Source of the DNA: a virus
Taxonomy: Duplodnaviria > Caudoviricetes
Length of the DNA: 42,665 nucleotides
Reading direction: 5' to 3' (one strand)
Virus record (IMG/VR): IMGVR_UViG_3300025368_000003
Location: 1 to 42,665 of that record
The position numbers and the translations under genes were made by a program. Below are positions 15,959 to 25,078 of this stretch, piece by piece. The stretch's first letter is position 1, and each line of letters opens with the position of its first letter. The notes under the pieces are model-generated. The model was not told the DNA's origin. It made no database searches and worked only from the letters and a program-made list of their open reading frames with translations.

Positions 15959-16327
15959 ATGCCAGCTACTACCAACAACATTTCCGTAGAGCAGAATGTT
16001 CCTTATTCCTTTAATATTAATTGCGTTTTAGCTGATGGAGTCACTCCTTTAAACGTAAGTGCTGGCTTTACTTTTTCTTGTAAGATTAGGGCAGATTATC
16101 AATCTGCTCCTCTTATCACGCTTGCACTTAATAGCGGAATTAGCACTTCTAATATTTCCCCTTACCCAGTGACAATTTCTCTCACTGCTGCTCAAACTCT
16201 TTCTTTGCCGGTAACAACGTCTCCAACCACGCTCTTCTATGATGTGTTGATGACTCAGACAAGCGGTTCAATTAATACCATGCTTGTTCGAGGAACAATA
16301 AGCGTTGTGGGGGCTATCACTCGGTGA
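15959..16327 (+). CDS. Ig-like (BppU/LtfC-like) virion domain protein
   Basis: VTISLTAAQT..L...LFYDVLM...LVRGTISV...ITR pattern. Confidence 0.6.
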   Translation: MPATTNNISVEQNVPYSFNINCVLADGVTPLNVSAGFTFSCKIRADYQSAPLITLALNSGISTSNISPYPVTISLTAAQTLSLPVTTSPTTLFYDVLMTQTSGSINTMLVRGTISVVGAITR

Positions 16328-17592
16328 GCGTAATATATCAGTTTGGCTCTACGCCTTCTGTTACTTATCAACAAAGTAACAAATCAACTGCAACGTATAA
16401 AAAACCCACTACTGCTGCGTCTAAATTTTTAACTCCCTCCACGGCAGTTTCCACATATCAAACTCCATCTATAGGATCGGTGCAGGGCGCTCCCTACACT
16501 CCCCAGCCTTACCTTATTGATATTTTATTAGTTGGTGGGGGAGGCGGAGGTGGTTACTATTATGGAGGAGGAGGCGGAGGTGGGCAGATATTACAAGCTT
16601 CATCCATCATTGTAAATTATGGTGGAACTTATCCCATCACGATTGGAACCGGGGGGACAGGAAGCCAAGGGCCAGATTCCAATGGAATTATTTCTGCTGG
16701 AGGAAATGGAGGATCAACCATCTTTGGATCTTATACTGCAATAGGAGGAGGAGGGGGGGCTTCAAGAGGGCAGGAAGTTAATGGTATTTCTGGCAGTTAT
16801 TTCCTCACTCAAGATTACAATGCTTCGGGAACAATGTATTTAAATACAGTTGTCAATTTGACCGCCGGTTGCGTTGTTTCTGTGTATGCTGGAACAACCA
16901 CATATTTTGCCGAAATAATCTCTGTAAATACAGGGGCACATACTATTCAAATTACTGGCATCCCTCATTTTATTGCCTCTGGTTCACAAGTATTTATGTA
17001 TGGCACAGACCAAGGTGGAAACTCTGGTGCATCTGGAGGAGGTGGATGCGGAACAGATAATAGCATTTTAACTTCTTCTTATGGATTGGGTTCTTTTGGA
17101 AACAAGGGAGGATATGGAACTGGTAATTATTTTAATTCCTATGCTCAGGGGGTTGGTGACTTAGGAGCAACTATTGCCATGGGAGGGGGTGGAGGTGGAG
17201 CTGGAACTGCTGGCAACGATGGAGATTCAGATTATCAAGATACTGCTGGAATTGGTGGAGATGGACTGACTCTCACATTTGCTGGATCTTCCTACACCTT
17301 TTCTGCTGGTGGAGGAGCAGGAGCAGATGTTTTGGGAATTGGAGAAGGAAATGGACAGCCCGGAGGGGCTGGCGGAGGTGGAAGTGGCGGCAGTGGGGGA
17401 GATGGAGGATTTGCTTATTCTGGTCAACCAAACACCGGCAGTGGAGGCGGGGGTGGAGGAGGAACAGTAGATGCCGCGCAAGGTCTTCCATATCCACAGG
17501 GAGCTGACGGAGGATCTGGATTTGCTTTAATTTATTCTCATTTCTTAAATGAAACAATTGCCATAACAGCTTCTGGGTATTTTTATTCTTAA
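16324..17592 (+). CDS. Glycine-rich tail fibre-like protein
   Basis: ILLVGGGGGGG...YPITIGTGG...GGSGFALI glycine-rich domain; GTGA overlap with the upstream gene. Confidence 0.75.
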   Translation: MSVIYQFGSTPSVTYQQSNKSTATYKKPTTAASKFLTPSTAVSTYQTPSIGSVQGAPYTPQPYLIDILLVGGGGGGGYYYGGGGGGGQILQASSIIVNYGGTYPITIGTGGTGSQGPDSNGIISAGGNGGSTIFGSYTAIGGGGGASRGQEVNGISGSYFLTQDYNASGTMYLNTVVNLTAGCVVSVYAGTTTYFAEIISVNTGAHTIQITGIPHFIASGSQVFMYGTDQGGNSGASGGGGCGTDNSILTSSYGLGSFGNKGGYGTGNYFNSYAQGVGDLGATIAMGGGGGGAGTAGNDGDSDYQDTAGIGGDGLTLTFAGSSYTFSAGGGAGADVLGIGEGNGQPGGAGGGGSGGSGGDGGFAYSGQPNTGSGGGGGGGTVDAAQGLPYPQGADGGSGFALIYSHFLNETIAITASGYFYS

Positions 17593-17636
17593 ACCCCATT
17601 GACTCACATCAAATATCAACTTATTACTTCAAAACG

Positions 17637-17903
17637 ATGAGCGTATCTTTCCCAATCCCTAAAGGCTATTCTGCTCCAGATGGAGTGAAGGAAGGTCAAG
17701 AATTCACTGAAATTGCCACCTTTAAGTTTGATGGGAAGCAAATGACAATATCTGCAATAGGCCAAGACAAGATACCCCTTTCTGGCAAAGGAGATGAAGA
17801 GGGAAAGCCTCGCAAAGCTGGACAAGCGATTAAAGATCAGCTTTCAGCATTAGAAGACAAGAGTGGAAGTGCCGAAATGCAAGACACGGAGGAGCAAGAG
17901 TAA
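17637..17903 (+). CDS. Hypothetical protein, 88 aa
   Basis: ATG ORF downstream of a TTGACT element. Confidence 0.65.
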   Translation: MSVSFPIPKGYSAPDGVKEGQEFTEIATFKFDGKQMTISAIGQDKIPLSGKGDEEGKPRKAGQAIKDQLSALEDKSGSAEMQDTEEQE

Positions 17904-18064
17904 TGCACGGCACAGGAACAACTCCGGTTCTGGGGGCTGTTACTAGCATCGCCTTCCTAACTTGTTCATTTATTCCAGAAGTTCCTCCGATTGCTCAATG
18001 GATTTGCCTTGTTTTATCTGCCGCCGCTTCTATAATCACGATTGTTAAAAACTCCCACCACTAA
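17903..18064 (+). CDS. Small two-TM membrane protein (holin-like), 53 aa
   Basis: MHGTGTTPVLGAVTSIAFLTCSFIPEVPPIAQWICLVLSAAASIITIVKNSHH; TAATG coupling; below the ORF-track cutoff. Confidence 0.6.
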   Translation: MHGTGTTPVLGAVTSIAFLTCSFIPEVPPIAQWICLVLSAAASIITIVKNSHH

Positions 18065-18067
18065 GTT

Positions 18068-18805
18068 ATGCCAATCAATTACTCTTACATTCCTCAAGTT
18101 GCAAACCCCAACCAGGGGGAGTTAATAACGCTTTGCCGAATCCTTGACACCTTGGCTCTTAACTCCGGGGCCGAGCAACCTCCTGTTGTTGGTTCTATTT
18201 CCACTGGATCTGGAACATTGGTTGTTAATACAACAGATATTTCCACGCTTGCATTCTCTACAACTGCCGCAACTTCTGGAATTATTTCAATTTCTGCATC
18301 TGTTGATGGAACTAATTATATTCTTACTTCCTACACGGCTTTGACAAGCGGAGGAACTTCAGCAAACTTTAATGCCGCCACTGCCACAATTGGACAGATT
18401 AACACAGTTGGACTTTCTTATGTAAAGTTTACGGCATCTTCCCTTGTTGGAAGCACAACGATCACCACGGTTGGAGCTAACGGAGTTAGCAATGTGATGC
18501 TAGATAATCCTCTTCCTGCTGGAACCAATGCAATTGGATACCTTTCTTCTCCATCTTCTCCTGTTTATGGGCAATACTCAGTAACAACTTCAGCCGCCGC
18601 AATAGGTTCTAGCACTTCTCTCTCCACTGGAATCACTCTCACTAACACTGGATCTACCAACATTTATGTTGGAGGATCTGGAGTTACCACATCAAACGGA
18701 TATGTATTGGTTGGTGGAACTTCAGTTAGCTTTGTTGTTGCTAATTTGTCTAGCATTTACGCAATTGGATCAGTGGCGGGAACATTGAGCTATATTGGCT
18801 CGTAA
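18068..18805 (+). CDS. Ser/Thr-rich virion protein
   Basis: 245 aa beta-rich; LPAGTNAIG and ITLTNTGSTNIYVGGSGVTTSNGYVL segments typical of phage structural domains. Confidence 0.65.
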   Translation: MPINYSYIPQVANPNQGELITLCRILDTLALNSGAEQPPVVGSISTGSGTLVVNTTDISTLAFSTTAATSGIISISASVDGTNYILTSYTALTSGGTSANFNAATATIGQINTVGLSYVKFTASSLVGSTTITTVGANGVSNVMLDNPLPAGTNAIGYLSSPSSPVYGQYSVTTSAAAIGSSTSLSTGITLTNTGSTNIYVGGSGVTTSNGYVLVGGTSVSFVVANLSSIYAIGSVAGTLSYIGS

Positions 18806-18810
18806 GGCCA

Positions 18811-20328
18811 ATGAGCTACGCTTCTACCGTCCTGCAACGAAAGTTCGGGTTGGGTCAGCAATACGACCCAGACGCATTAAAGTATTTTTCTACTGCTGGC
18901 ATTTCGTCAGGTGCAGTCACGCCGTCTGCCTATGATCAGGCCGCTACTTTTAATGGGACGAATCAGTATTTGAGTGTAGCGAGTAATTCGTCTTTGAAGT
19001 TGGGAAATGGACAGGATTTTACTATTTCATCATGGATTAATCCAACCCTTAATGGAAATTATCTTTTTGGTAAATACACATCATCCACAGGATGGGAATA
19101 TGGATTAAGCACTACAAACACTTCCTTTTTAGTTATTCTTGGATCTTATGTTAATACAATTAATTATTCATTTCCATTAAACCAATGGAGCTTAATAACG
19201 ATTGTTTACAACTATTCAACAACCACTTTGAATGTTTATGTTAATGGGGTTTCTATAAATGTTCAAACCGGAGTTCCAACTTTTGCCAATGCCTCTGCTC
19301 CATTCTCGATTGCAAACACTGGAGACTATACTGGTGGGTACAAGTGGAACGGCTCCATCGCTGGATTTGGAATCTGGAAAACTGCATCTGGTGGAGGAGG
19401 AGCTTTATCTGCAAGTCAAGTATCTGCTCTCTACAACAAAGGAATTGGACTTACCTACTCCGTCATTGAAAATACAGATTTAGAACCAAACCTCGTTTCT
19501 TATTGGGCATTGAATGAAACCTCCGGAGCTTCCGTTTATGTGGATTCCAATGAAATTAACAACCTCACTCCTTACGGAACTCCTACCAACTCGGTAGGCC
19601 CAATCGCCACAGACACGGCATCTAGCCAATCGTTGATCAACACCTTTGTTAAAGGAATCAAGGGGTTGGGGCTTTGGAATAACTTTGTCTGCTGGCCTTT
19701 GAGAAGTTCAATGAACAATTCAAGTGTTCAAACAACAGCTTATTCATTAGGAGGTTTAACTACTCAAAATGCAACTCTTGCAAATGCTCCTATTTGGGCA
19801 TCGCAAGGATTAAATTTTAATGGAACTAACCAATTTTTGGATGCAGGACAAAACTCCTCTCTTATATTTACCACCCAAGATTTTTCTGTAATTTCAATAA
19901 ACAATCCAAATTCATCAAATTTTACAAATTATGGAACTTCTATTGGTTTTGGAGTTTATGCTTCAAGCGGATGGTTATTTCAATATTCACCAACAAATGC
20001 TTTTTTATTAGCTACGTGCAATGGCACTGGCCCATTTCAAACTTCTAATAATGTAATCACTGCTGGTGTAAATTCTGTTATTGCGTTTTCACGATCTGGA
20101 ACTTCGGCGGCTTTATATCAAAATGCAACAAATGTAACAGCTACTTCAATTCCATTGGTAAATCCAGCACCGCCTTCTCAAAATATGTTTTTAGGTGGAA
20201 AAGTTGGATATTTTCAAGGCACATCAGTTTTAAGTTCTGTATTCAATGTCAGTCTGTCTGCCACTCAACAATCATTAGTTTATAGTTTACTAAAACAAAC
20301 ATTGGCAGTTGGCCTTTCCCTCCCATGA
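18811..20328 (+). CDS. LamG / concanavalin-like tail or receptor-binding protein
   Basis: ATFNGTNQYL, FTISSWIN, NQWSLITIVY, LNVYVNG; second GLNFNGTNQFL...ALSQ-type lectin module. Confidence 0.8.
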   Translation: MSYASTVLQRKFGLGQQYDPDALKYFSTAGISSGAVTPSAYDQAATFNGTNQYLSVASNSSLKLGNGQDFTISSWINPTLNGNYLFGKYTSSTGWEYGLSTTNTSFLVILGSYVNTINYSFPLNQWSLITIVYNYSTTTLNVYVNGVSINVQTGVPTFANASAPFSIANTGDYTGGYKWNGSIAGFGIWKTASGGGGALSASQVSALYNKGIGLTYSVIENTDLEPNLVSYWALNETSGASVYVDSNEINNLTPYGTPTNSVGPIATDTASSQSLINTFVKGIKGLGLWNNFVCWPLRSSMNNSSVQTTAYSLGGLTTQNATLANAPIWASQGLNFNGTNQFLDAGQNSSLIFTTQDFSVISINNPNSSNFTNYGTSIGFGVYASSGWLFQYSPTNAFLLATCNGTGPFQTSNNVITAGVNSVIAFSRSGTSAALYQNATNVTATSIPLVNPAPPSQNMFLGGKVGYFQGTSVLSSVFNVSLSATQQSLVYSLLKQTLAVGLSLP

Positions 20329-20606
20329 GAACCTTCACAGCAACAGCTTTACAAGATAACGACCTTCCTTGGTGCTGGGAAATCCCTGCAATCCCTATCA
20401 ACAAGCCAGTGTGGGGCATCAACATCGTTCCTACGCCCACCTACGCTTCTTATACCAAAGACGAAAATGGTTTCTCCACACCAGTAGGCGACCCCATCTC
20501 CTTTACTTGGTCTGCCCTCCTTGACCCAGCCGACACGCCTCTCCCATTGTGGATCACTGAAACTACGCCACCTCCTGCTCCTTCCCCTAGCTTTCCTTTA
20601 GCATGA
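20325..20606 (+). CDS. Hypothetical Pro/Trp-rich protein
   Basis: ATGA-coupled to genes on both sides. Confidence 0.6.
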   Translation: MRTFTATALQDNDLPWCWEIPAIPINKPVWGINIVPTPTYASYTKDENGFSTPVGDPISFTWSALLDPADTPLPLWITETTPPPAPSPSFPLA

Positions 20607-20998
20607 AACTAGCCTTCCTTGGCGTTGTATTGCTTGGGCTTGTGGGATGCTCTCACAACGATCCTCATGCGTTTATAGCACCTTCTAATGCCGCCATTGT
20701 TGGCGACTTGGGGATTGCCAAGGCTTCTGCCGTGAAAGCCTCTCATGGGGACAAGCAAGCCGCCAAGCAAGTTGTGGATGAGCTTTCAAAAGCCCAAGCT
20801 GATCTTGGTGACTATGCAAAGAAAGTGGAGGCTCAAACAACATTGTTAACTAAATCTTCTGATGAGGCCAATTATTGGCATTCAAAGCAAACTAAAGCTC
20901 TAAAAGAGCTATGGATTTGGAGGGCTGTTGCCCTTGGTTCCATCTTGGCAGTGGCTGGATGGATTGGTCTTAAAACAAGCTGGAGATTCTTCCTGTGA
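20603..20998 (+). CDS. Lipoprotein with C-terminal TM helix; putative unimolecular spanin
   Basis: Signal peptide with lipobox LVGC, helical middle, C-terminal hydrophobic LWIWRAVALGSILAVAGWIGL; in the lysis cassette. Confidence 0.6.
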   Translation: MKLAFLGVVLLGLVGCSHNDPHAFIAPSNAAIVGDLGIAKASAVKASHGDKQAAKQVVDELSKAQADLGDYAKKVEAQTTLLTKSSDEANYWHSKQTKALKELWIWRAVALGSILAVAGWIGLKTSWRFFL

Positions 20999-21324
20999 CC
21001 TCATCCACATGGCAGAGAATGTTTCTCTCCATCGTTGGAATCTTCACGATTGAGGGAAGTTGGAGATGGGCAATAGCTCACCTCTACACCCTCCCCACCT
21101 ACGCCATAGCTGGGTTTGTTTCCATCACGACAAACTGCTTCTATGTGGTGGGTAGTATCGTGATCTTCATGGTGACAGGAAGGCTAATCTACGAGTGGAG
21201 GATGAATACTAGCCAGCTTCAGAATGTGATGAGCCAGAGCAATGAAGGCAATGAGCAGGATGAAGAGGAAGAAGAGATTGATAGAGTTCCAAAACCAAAA
21301 TACTTCGATGACAGATCGTTTTAA
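20995..21324 (+). CDS. Putative holin
   Basis: Two hydrophobic segments and a charged C-tail, directly upstream of the endolysin. Confidence 0.6.
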   Translation: MTSSTWQRMFLSIVGIFTIEGSWRWAIAHLYTLPTYAIAGFVSITTNCFYVVGSIVIFMVTGRLIYEWRMNTSQLQNVMSQSNEGNEQDEEEEEIDRVPKPKYFDDRSF

Positions 21325-21739
21325 AAACAAGATCATACCTTGGTTGTTCAAGTGGGAGGGAACTACCTACGAGAACGATCCAGACGATGCTGGAGGTGCT
21401 ACCAAGTTTGGGATTGATCAACGCTCTCACCCTTCCGTGAACATCAAGGATCTAACGGCAGAACAAGCTACAGACATCTATTGGTCTGAATATGTGAAGT
21501 ATGCTTGTGATCACCTCTCCCCTCCTCTTGATTGGGTGTTCTTTAATTGTTGCGTTAATTGTGGTATAGGAAGGGCACAGAAGATATTCAACCAATCTGG
21601 AAGAGACGCTTCTAAATTTTTATCCTTACAGGATTCATTTTATGAATCTCTTGCAGAGGCGAAACCAATCACAAAGAAGTATTTAAAAGGATGGTTGGCT
21701 AGAACAGAGGATTTAAGAAAAGTTTGTAATCTCTCTTGA
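21308..21739 (+). CDS. Endolysin, glycoside hydrolase family 108
   Basis: WEG..YENDPDDAGGATKFGI, DLT.EQA..IY...Y, GWLAR motifs; start set at MTDRFK. Confidence 0.9.
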   Translation: MTDRFKNKIIPWLFKWEGTTYENDPDDAGGATKFGIDQRSHPSVNIKDLTAEQATDIYWSEYVKYACDHLSPPLDWVFFNCCVNCGIGRAQKIFNQSGRDASKFLSLQDSFYESLAEAKPITKKYLKGWLARTEDLRKVCNLS

Positions 21740-21804
21740 TTCTCTCCTGCTCCGCAGGGGATGATAATCACTTCGTGATTTGCGTCAAGAAAATAATTTA
21801 TAGT

Positions 21805-22224
21805 GAGTTTAGGAAATTTAGGGAGTTTACAAAAGCTTGACACTTTTTGATAAATGCAGGGTTGAGGGAATACGGAACAGAGTAATCTGTTAATAAAACC
21901 GCTACATATTTTTAACACTACCATCTTTGGATGGTAATTGCCATCCACCACTTTTGTGTAGTAATGCACTCTACATAGAGCGAGTGTAGTGATCACGCTA
22001 CATATATCCAAATTGTGTAGCAGATCGTTGACATCTGTAAAATGTTGATGATCGCAGACACCTGATTGTTTGCCGCATTATACCCGATATGGTACAATAT
22101 GCCTGTTAATGTGCCAGATTATACCCGATATGGAATCCCTAGTTCCATGTCATGTCGATGAATCCTTGTTTTCTGTACATGAGAGCGTTGATATGTACAC
22201 GCTATCGACATTTTCTTTATACAA
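21805..22224. repeat. Intergenic array of several short direct and inverted repeat modules
   Basis: 9-bp tandem triplet; TGTAG-N8/9-CTACA twice; TACCATC-N4-GATGGTA; ATTATACCCGATATGG twice; ATGTCGAT/ATCGACAT flanking two TGTACA. Confidence 0.7.
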
Positions 22225-22341
22225 ATGAAAAAACACCTCTGTCCTTGCTGTAAAAATCCCTGCGTTCCCAACAAATGCAAGTCCTGCCAAGACAAAGCCG
22301 CAGAGACATACAAGAGGATGTCAAGAAAAAAAGAAAAATAA
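22225..22341 (+). CDS. Cys-rich basic microprotein, 38 aa
   Basis: MKKHLCPCCKNPCVPNKCKSCQDKAAETYKRMSRKKEK; CxxC pairs. Confidence 0.5.
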   Translation: MKKHLCPCCKNPCVPNKCKSCQDKAAETYKRMSRKKEK

Positions 22342-22426
22342 ATTTTAGGCTATATCAAAATATTTTCTTGATACCATTAGACCATAGTCTTATTCCTAGT
22401 TTCGTCAGCAACAACCAACAACCAAA

Positions 22427-22669
22427 ATGGCAACAACCAAAACTAAAACAACCGCAGTAAAAAACACCAAGAAGCCTTGCGCTCTTGAGAGTCGTATCAA
22501 CGTGATTCAGATCAATCAAACCCATCTTGGAATTGCTCAGACCGAGCTTCAAGAGTGCGTGGACACATACGCCACCTGGAGCAGCAATGCTATCTGGATT
22601 GGCCTTTCTGCCGCAGCAGTGGGAATCATCAACAGCCTTCTCATCATATCCCTGTTCCTCCGCAAATGA
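22427..22669 (+). CDS. Hypothetical protein with C-terminal TM helix
   Basis: A/C-rich leader; hydrophobic C-terminus. Confidence 0.65.
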   Translation: MATTKTKTTAVKNTKKPCALESRINVIQINQTHLGIAQTELQECVDTYATWSSNAIWIGLSAAAVGIINSLLIISLFLRK

Positions 22670-22794
22670 GCAAGAAAGAAGAATACTCCGATCAAGAGAA
22701 GAATGACCTTCTCATCTCCACGCTATCCGCAATCCGTGATAGCCTTGATGAACTCATCTCATACATTGATGACATAGCAGAAGAAGTGGAATAA
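22666..22794 (+). CDS. Small acidic helical protein, 42 aa
   Basis: ATGA overlap; MSKKEEYSDQEKNDLL... Confidence 0.55.
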   Translation: MSKKEEYSDQEKNDLLISTLSAIRDSLDELISYIDDIAEEVE

Positions 22795-22812
22795 CCAACC
22801 AACCTAAAACAC

Positions 22813-23553
22813 ATGGAAAACACAACTCAATTAGAATACTCCGCATCACTTGCAACCGCACTTGTTGCGGCAATCGGAGAGCTACAGAACGTAGCTAAAA
22901 CAGCCAACAATCCGTATTTCAAGAGCAAGTATGCTCCTTTGGATGCCATTGTTGATGCAACTCGCCCGGTATTAGCAAAGCATGGATTAGCCATTCAGCA
23001 GATGCCAATCTTTGAGGATGGTAAGGCCGGAGTAAAAACCACCATCATTCACAAGTCAGGCTTTTCCACCTCATCCACGCTTCTGCTTCCCCTCAAGGAC
23101 ATGAGTCCACAGGGAGTGGGGGGAGCCATCACTTACGCTCGACGTTATGCTCTTGCGGCTGTTTGTGGACTTGCAACTGAGGATGACTTGGATGGCAACG
23201 AGCATCTTGAGAATAAGCCAAAGGAAGCGCCTCGATCTGCGATTGCAAAAGCAATTGACAAATCGCCAACCATCAAAACATCCGGTGCGGCCTCATCCAC
23301 CCTAACGAATGTTCTTCCAACCAAGGCCACAGTTGCTGCAAAGAGCAAGGAAGGAGCTTCAAAGGTTTGGACTCTTTATAGCGTGGAGTTCAACAACAAT
23401 GGCAAGCTTGTGGAAGCCCTCACATTTGATGAGAAGCTATTCACCTTGGCAACAGAGCTTGGAAAGTCCGGCACTCTAGTCAATGCCGGCATCTCTCCAG
23501 GGAAGAAAGATCCTACCAAGTGGGAATTGATTTCGCTTGAAGCTTCCGAATAG
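22813..23553 (+). CDS. erf: ERF-family single-strand annealing protein
   Basis: NPYFKSKYAPLDAI and QGVGGAITYARRYALAAVCGL..EDDLDG. Confidence 0.93.
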   Translation: MENTTQLEYSASLATALVAAIGELQNVAKTANNPYFKSKYAPLDAIVDATRPVLAKHGLAIQQMPIFEDGKAGVKTTIIHKSGFSTSSTLLLPLKDMSPQGVGGAITYARRYALAAVCGLATEDDLDGNEHLENKPKEAPRSAIAKAIDKSPTIKTSGAASSTLTNVLPTKATVAAKSKEGASKVWTLYSVEFNNNGKLVEALTFDEKLFTLATELGKSGTLVNAGISPGKKDPTKWELISLEASE

Positions 23554-23555
23554 CC

Positions 23556-24308
23556 ATGAAGAAAAAACCTATTTTTCATATAGGGCAAAAATATGAACGC
23601 TTCCTTGCAGTATCTTGCAGCCACGGAAAGTACGCAGATCCAACTGCTATTGATGCGGTTCTCAAGATGCGAGACAAGTGGAAGCCTGAGATTGTCGTGC
23701 ATCTGGGAGATTGGTGCGACACAACTGCGTTTAGGTCAGGTGCATCTGGAAGTTCAGACGAATCAGAGCCTGTCGCCCCGGACATTGATGGAGGAATTGA
23801 ATTCCTTAGAAAATATCGACCAACTCATGTGTTGGACGGAAATCATGAGGATCGAATACCCAGATTGCTCAATCACCCTAACGCCCTCGTATCATACGCC
23901 GCAAACAAAGCCTCGGAATATATTGACAACGCTTTCCTCAAGATTGGTTGCCGCCGTATTCCGTATAACGGAGTTTTTCAGACTTATGTGGTTGGTGATG
24001 TGACCTTCACTCATGGAACCATTTATAATGAAAACTCTGCTAGAGACATGGCTGAAATGTATGGAGGAAAGGTAATCTTTGGACACACTCACCGATCATC
24101 TATGGGAGAAGGAAGAACCCTCAAGGAATCCACCGGATATTGTGCAGGAACCCTTACCAGAAGGGGTGGAATGGATTATTCCAAATCCAGAAGGGCTACG
24201 CTGGGATGGAGACAAGGGATGGTGTATGGAGAGATAGGAACTAAAGATTCTGCCGTCTGGCTCATTACCAGGGGCGAGTTTAACGAAGAGTGGAGGTTGC
24301 CGCTATGA
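23556..24308 (+). CDS. Calcineurin-like metallophosphoesterase
   Basis: CSH (in place of DxH), GDWCD, GNHE, THG and GHTH motifs. Confidence 0.9.
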   Translation: MKKKPIFHIGQKYERFLAVSCSHGKYADPTAIDAVLKMRDKWKPEIVVHLGDWCDTTAFRSGASGSSDESEPVAPDIDGGIEFLRKYRPTHVLDGNHEDRIPRLLNHPNALVSYAANKASEYIDNAFLKIGCRRIPYNGVFQTYVVGDVTFTHGTIYNENSARDMAEMYGGKVIFGHTHRSSMGEGRTLKESTGYCAGTLTRRGGMDYSKSRRATLGWRQGMVYGEIGTKDSAVWLITRGEFNEEWRLPL

Positions 24309-24553
24309 ACATTAACGATGTTTTTGCGGCAGATGTAATTAAGTCCATTCAGATTAAAGGCAATCCTCCAGATAAAATTGAAGAGGGATATTTTAACGAA
24401 ACGGAATGGGCTGAAAAGCTTGGAGTTCCAAAAGCAACTTTAAGGCCAAAGCTTAGAATTGCCGCGCAGCAAGGAAACTTCCACTTAAAAAAGTTTAGGG
24501 TTAGAAACGGAAACAACATCAAAGCAATCAATTATTTCAAATTTATCAAATGA
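24305..24553 (+). CDS. Putative winged-HTH protein
   Basis: YFNETEWAEKLGVPKATLRPKL; ATGA overlap. Confidence 0.55.
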   Translation: MNINDVFAADVIKSIQIKGNPPDKIEEGYFNETEWAEKLGVPKATLRPKLRIAAQQGNFHLKKFRVRNGNNIKAINYFKFIK

Positions 24554-24774
24554 CACTAGAAAATCAGCCAAAGCACATCCAAAACGAATACTACGTTGAG
24601 CAAGACTATGCAAAACTTGCCGGCCCTTACGACACAAGTATCAAGCGCCACAATCGATACCTTGCAGCCGTTGTGGAAGATATGGAACGAGGAAACATTG
24701 ACTATCGGATTGTTGATGATTACCTGGGGAGGAAGTACGTTGAGAGGAAGGGCATGATCTTACCAAAACGATGA
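24550..24774 (+). CDS. Hypothetical protein, 74 aa
   Basis: ATGA-coupled ORF. Confidence 0.65.
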   Translation: MTLENQPKHIQNEYYVEQDYAKLAGPYDTSIKRHNRYLAAVVEDMERGNIDYRIVDDYLGRKYVERKGMILPKR

Positions 24775-25001
24775 ATGATCCTGTAAATAGTCCCAAACAC
24801 TATACAAACTCTCCATCTGGAATTGAGCTAGTGGATGTGATTGCCCATCTCAATTATTGCAGATCCAATGCCATCAAATACATTTTTAGGGCTGGGTGCA
24901 AAGATCCTGCAAAGGAAATGGAAGACCTTAAAAAAGCCCAATGGTGCATTAATAAAGAGATCTCCATGCTTGAGCAAGGACGCATACTAAGACAACCATG
25001 A
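24771..25001 (+). CDS. DUF3310 (SaV / T7 gp1.7-like) protein
   Basis: DPVNSPKHY..GIE..DVI, NAIKYIFRAG.K, EDLKKAQW. Confidence 0.9.
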   Translation: MNDPVNSPKHYTNSPSGIELVDVIAHLNYCRSNAIKYIFRAGCKDPAKEMEDLKKAQWCINKEISMLEQGRILRQP

Positions 25002-25078
25002 CGCAAGAACAACAACTTCTCGTTGCCATAATTGCTTGCGTAGCATTCACTTACTTCATGCTATCTCAAAGACGATGA
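24998..25078 (+). CDS. Single-TM micropeptide, 26 aa
   Basis: MTQEQQLLVAIIACVAFTYFMLSQRR; ATGA overlaps at both ends. Confidence 0.5.
   Translation: MTQEQQLLVAIIACVAFTYFMLSQRR

Noticed and set aside
21737-21770. Hairpin after the endolysin as an intrinsic terminator
   Set aside because: Stem TCTCCTGC/GCAGGGGA is present but there is no T tract; function uncertain, and it is not a copy of the two-copy element.
21640-22011. 123-aa minus-strand ORF across the motif array
   Set aside because: Antisense to the endolysin end, no protein-like features, and better explained by the DNA motifs.
22077-22133. Mini CRISPR array
   Set aside because: Only two 16-bp repeats with a 25-nt gap and no cas genes; treated as part of the motif array.
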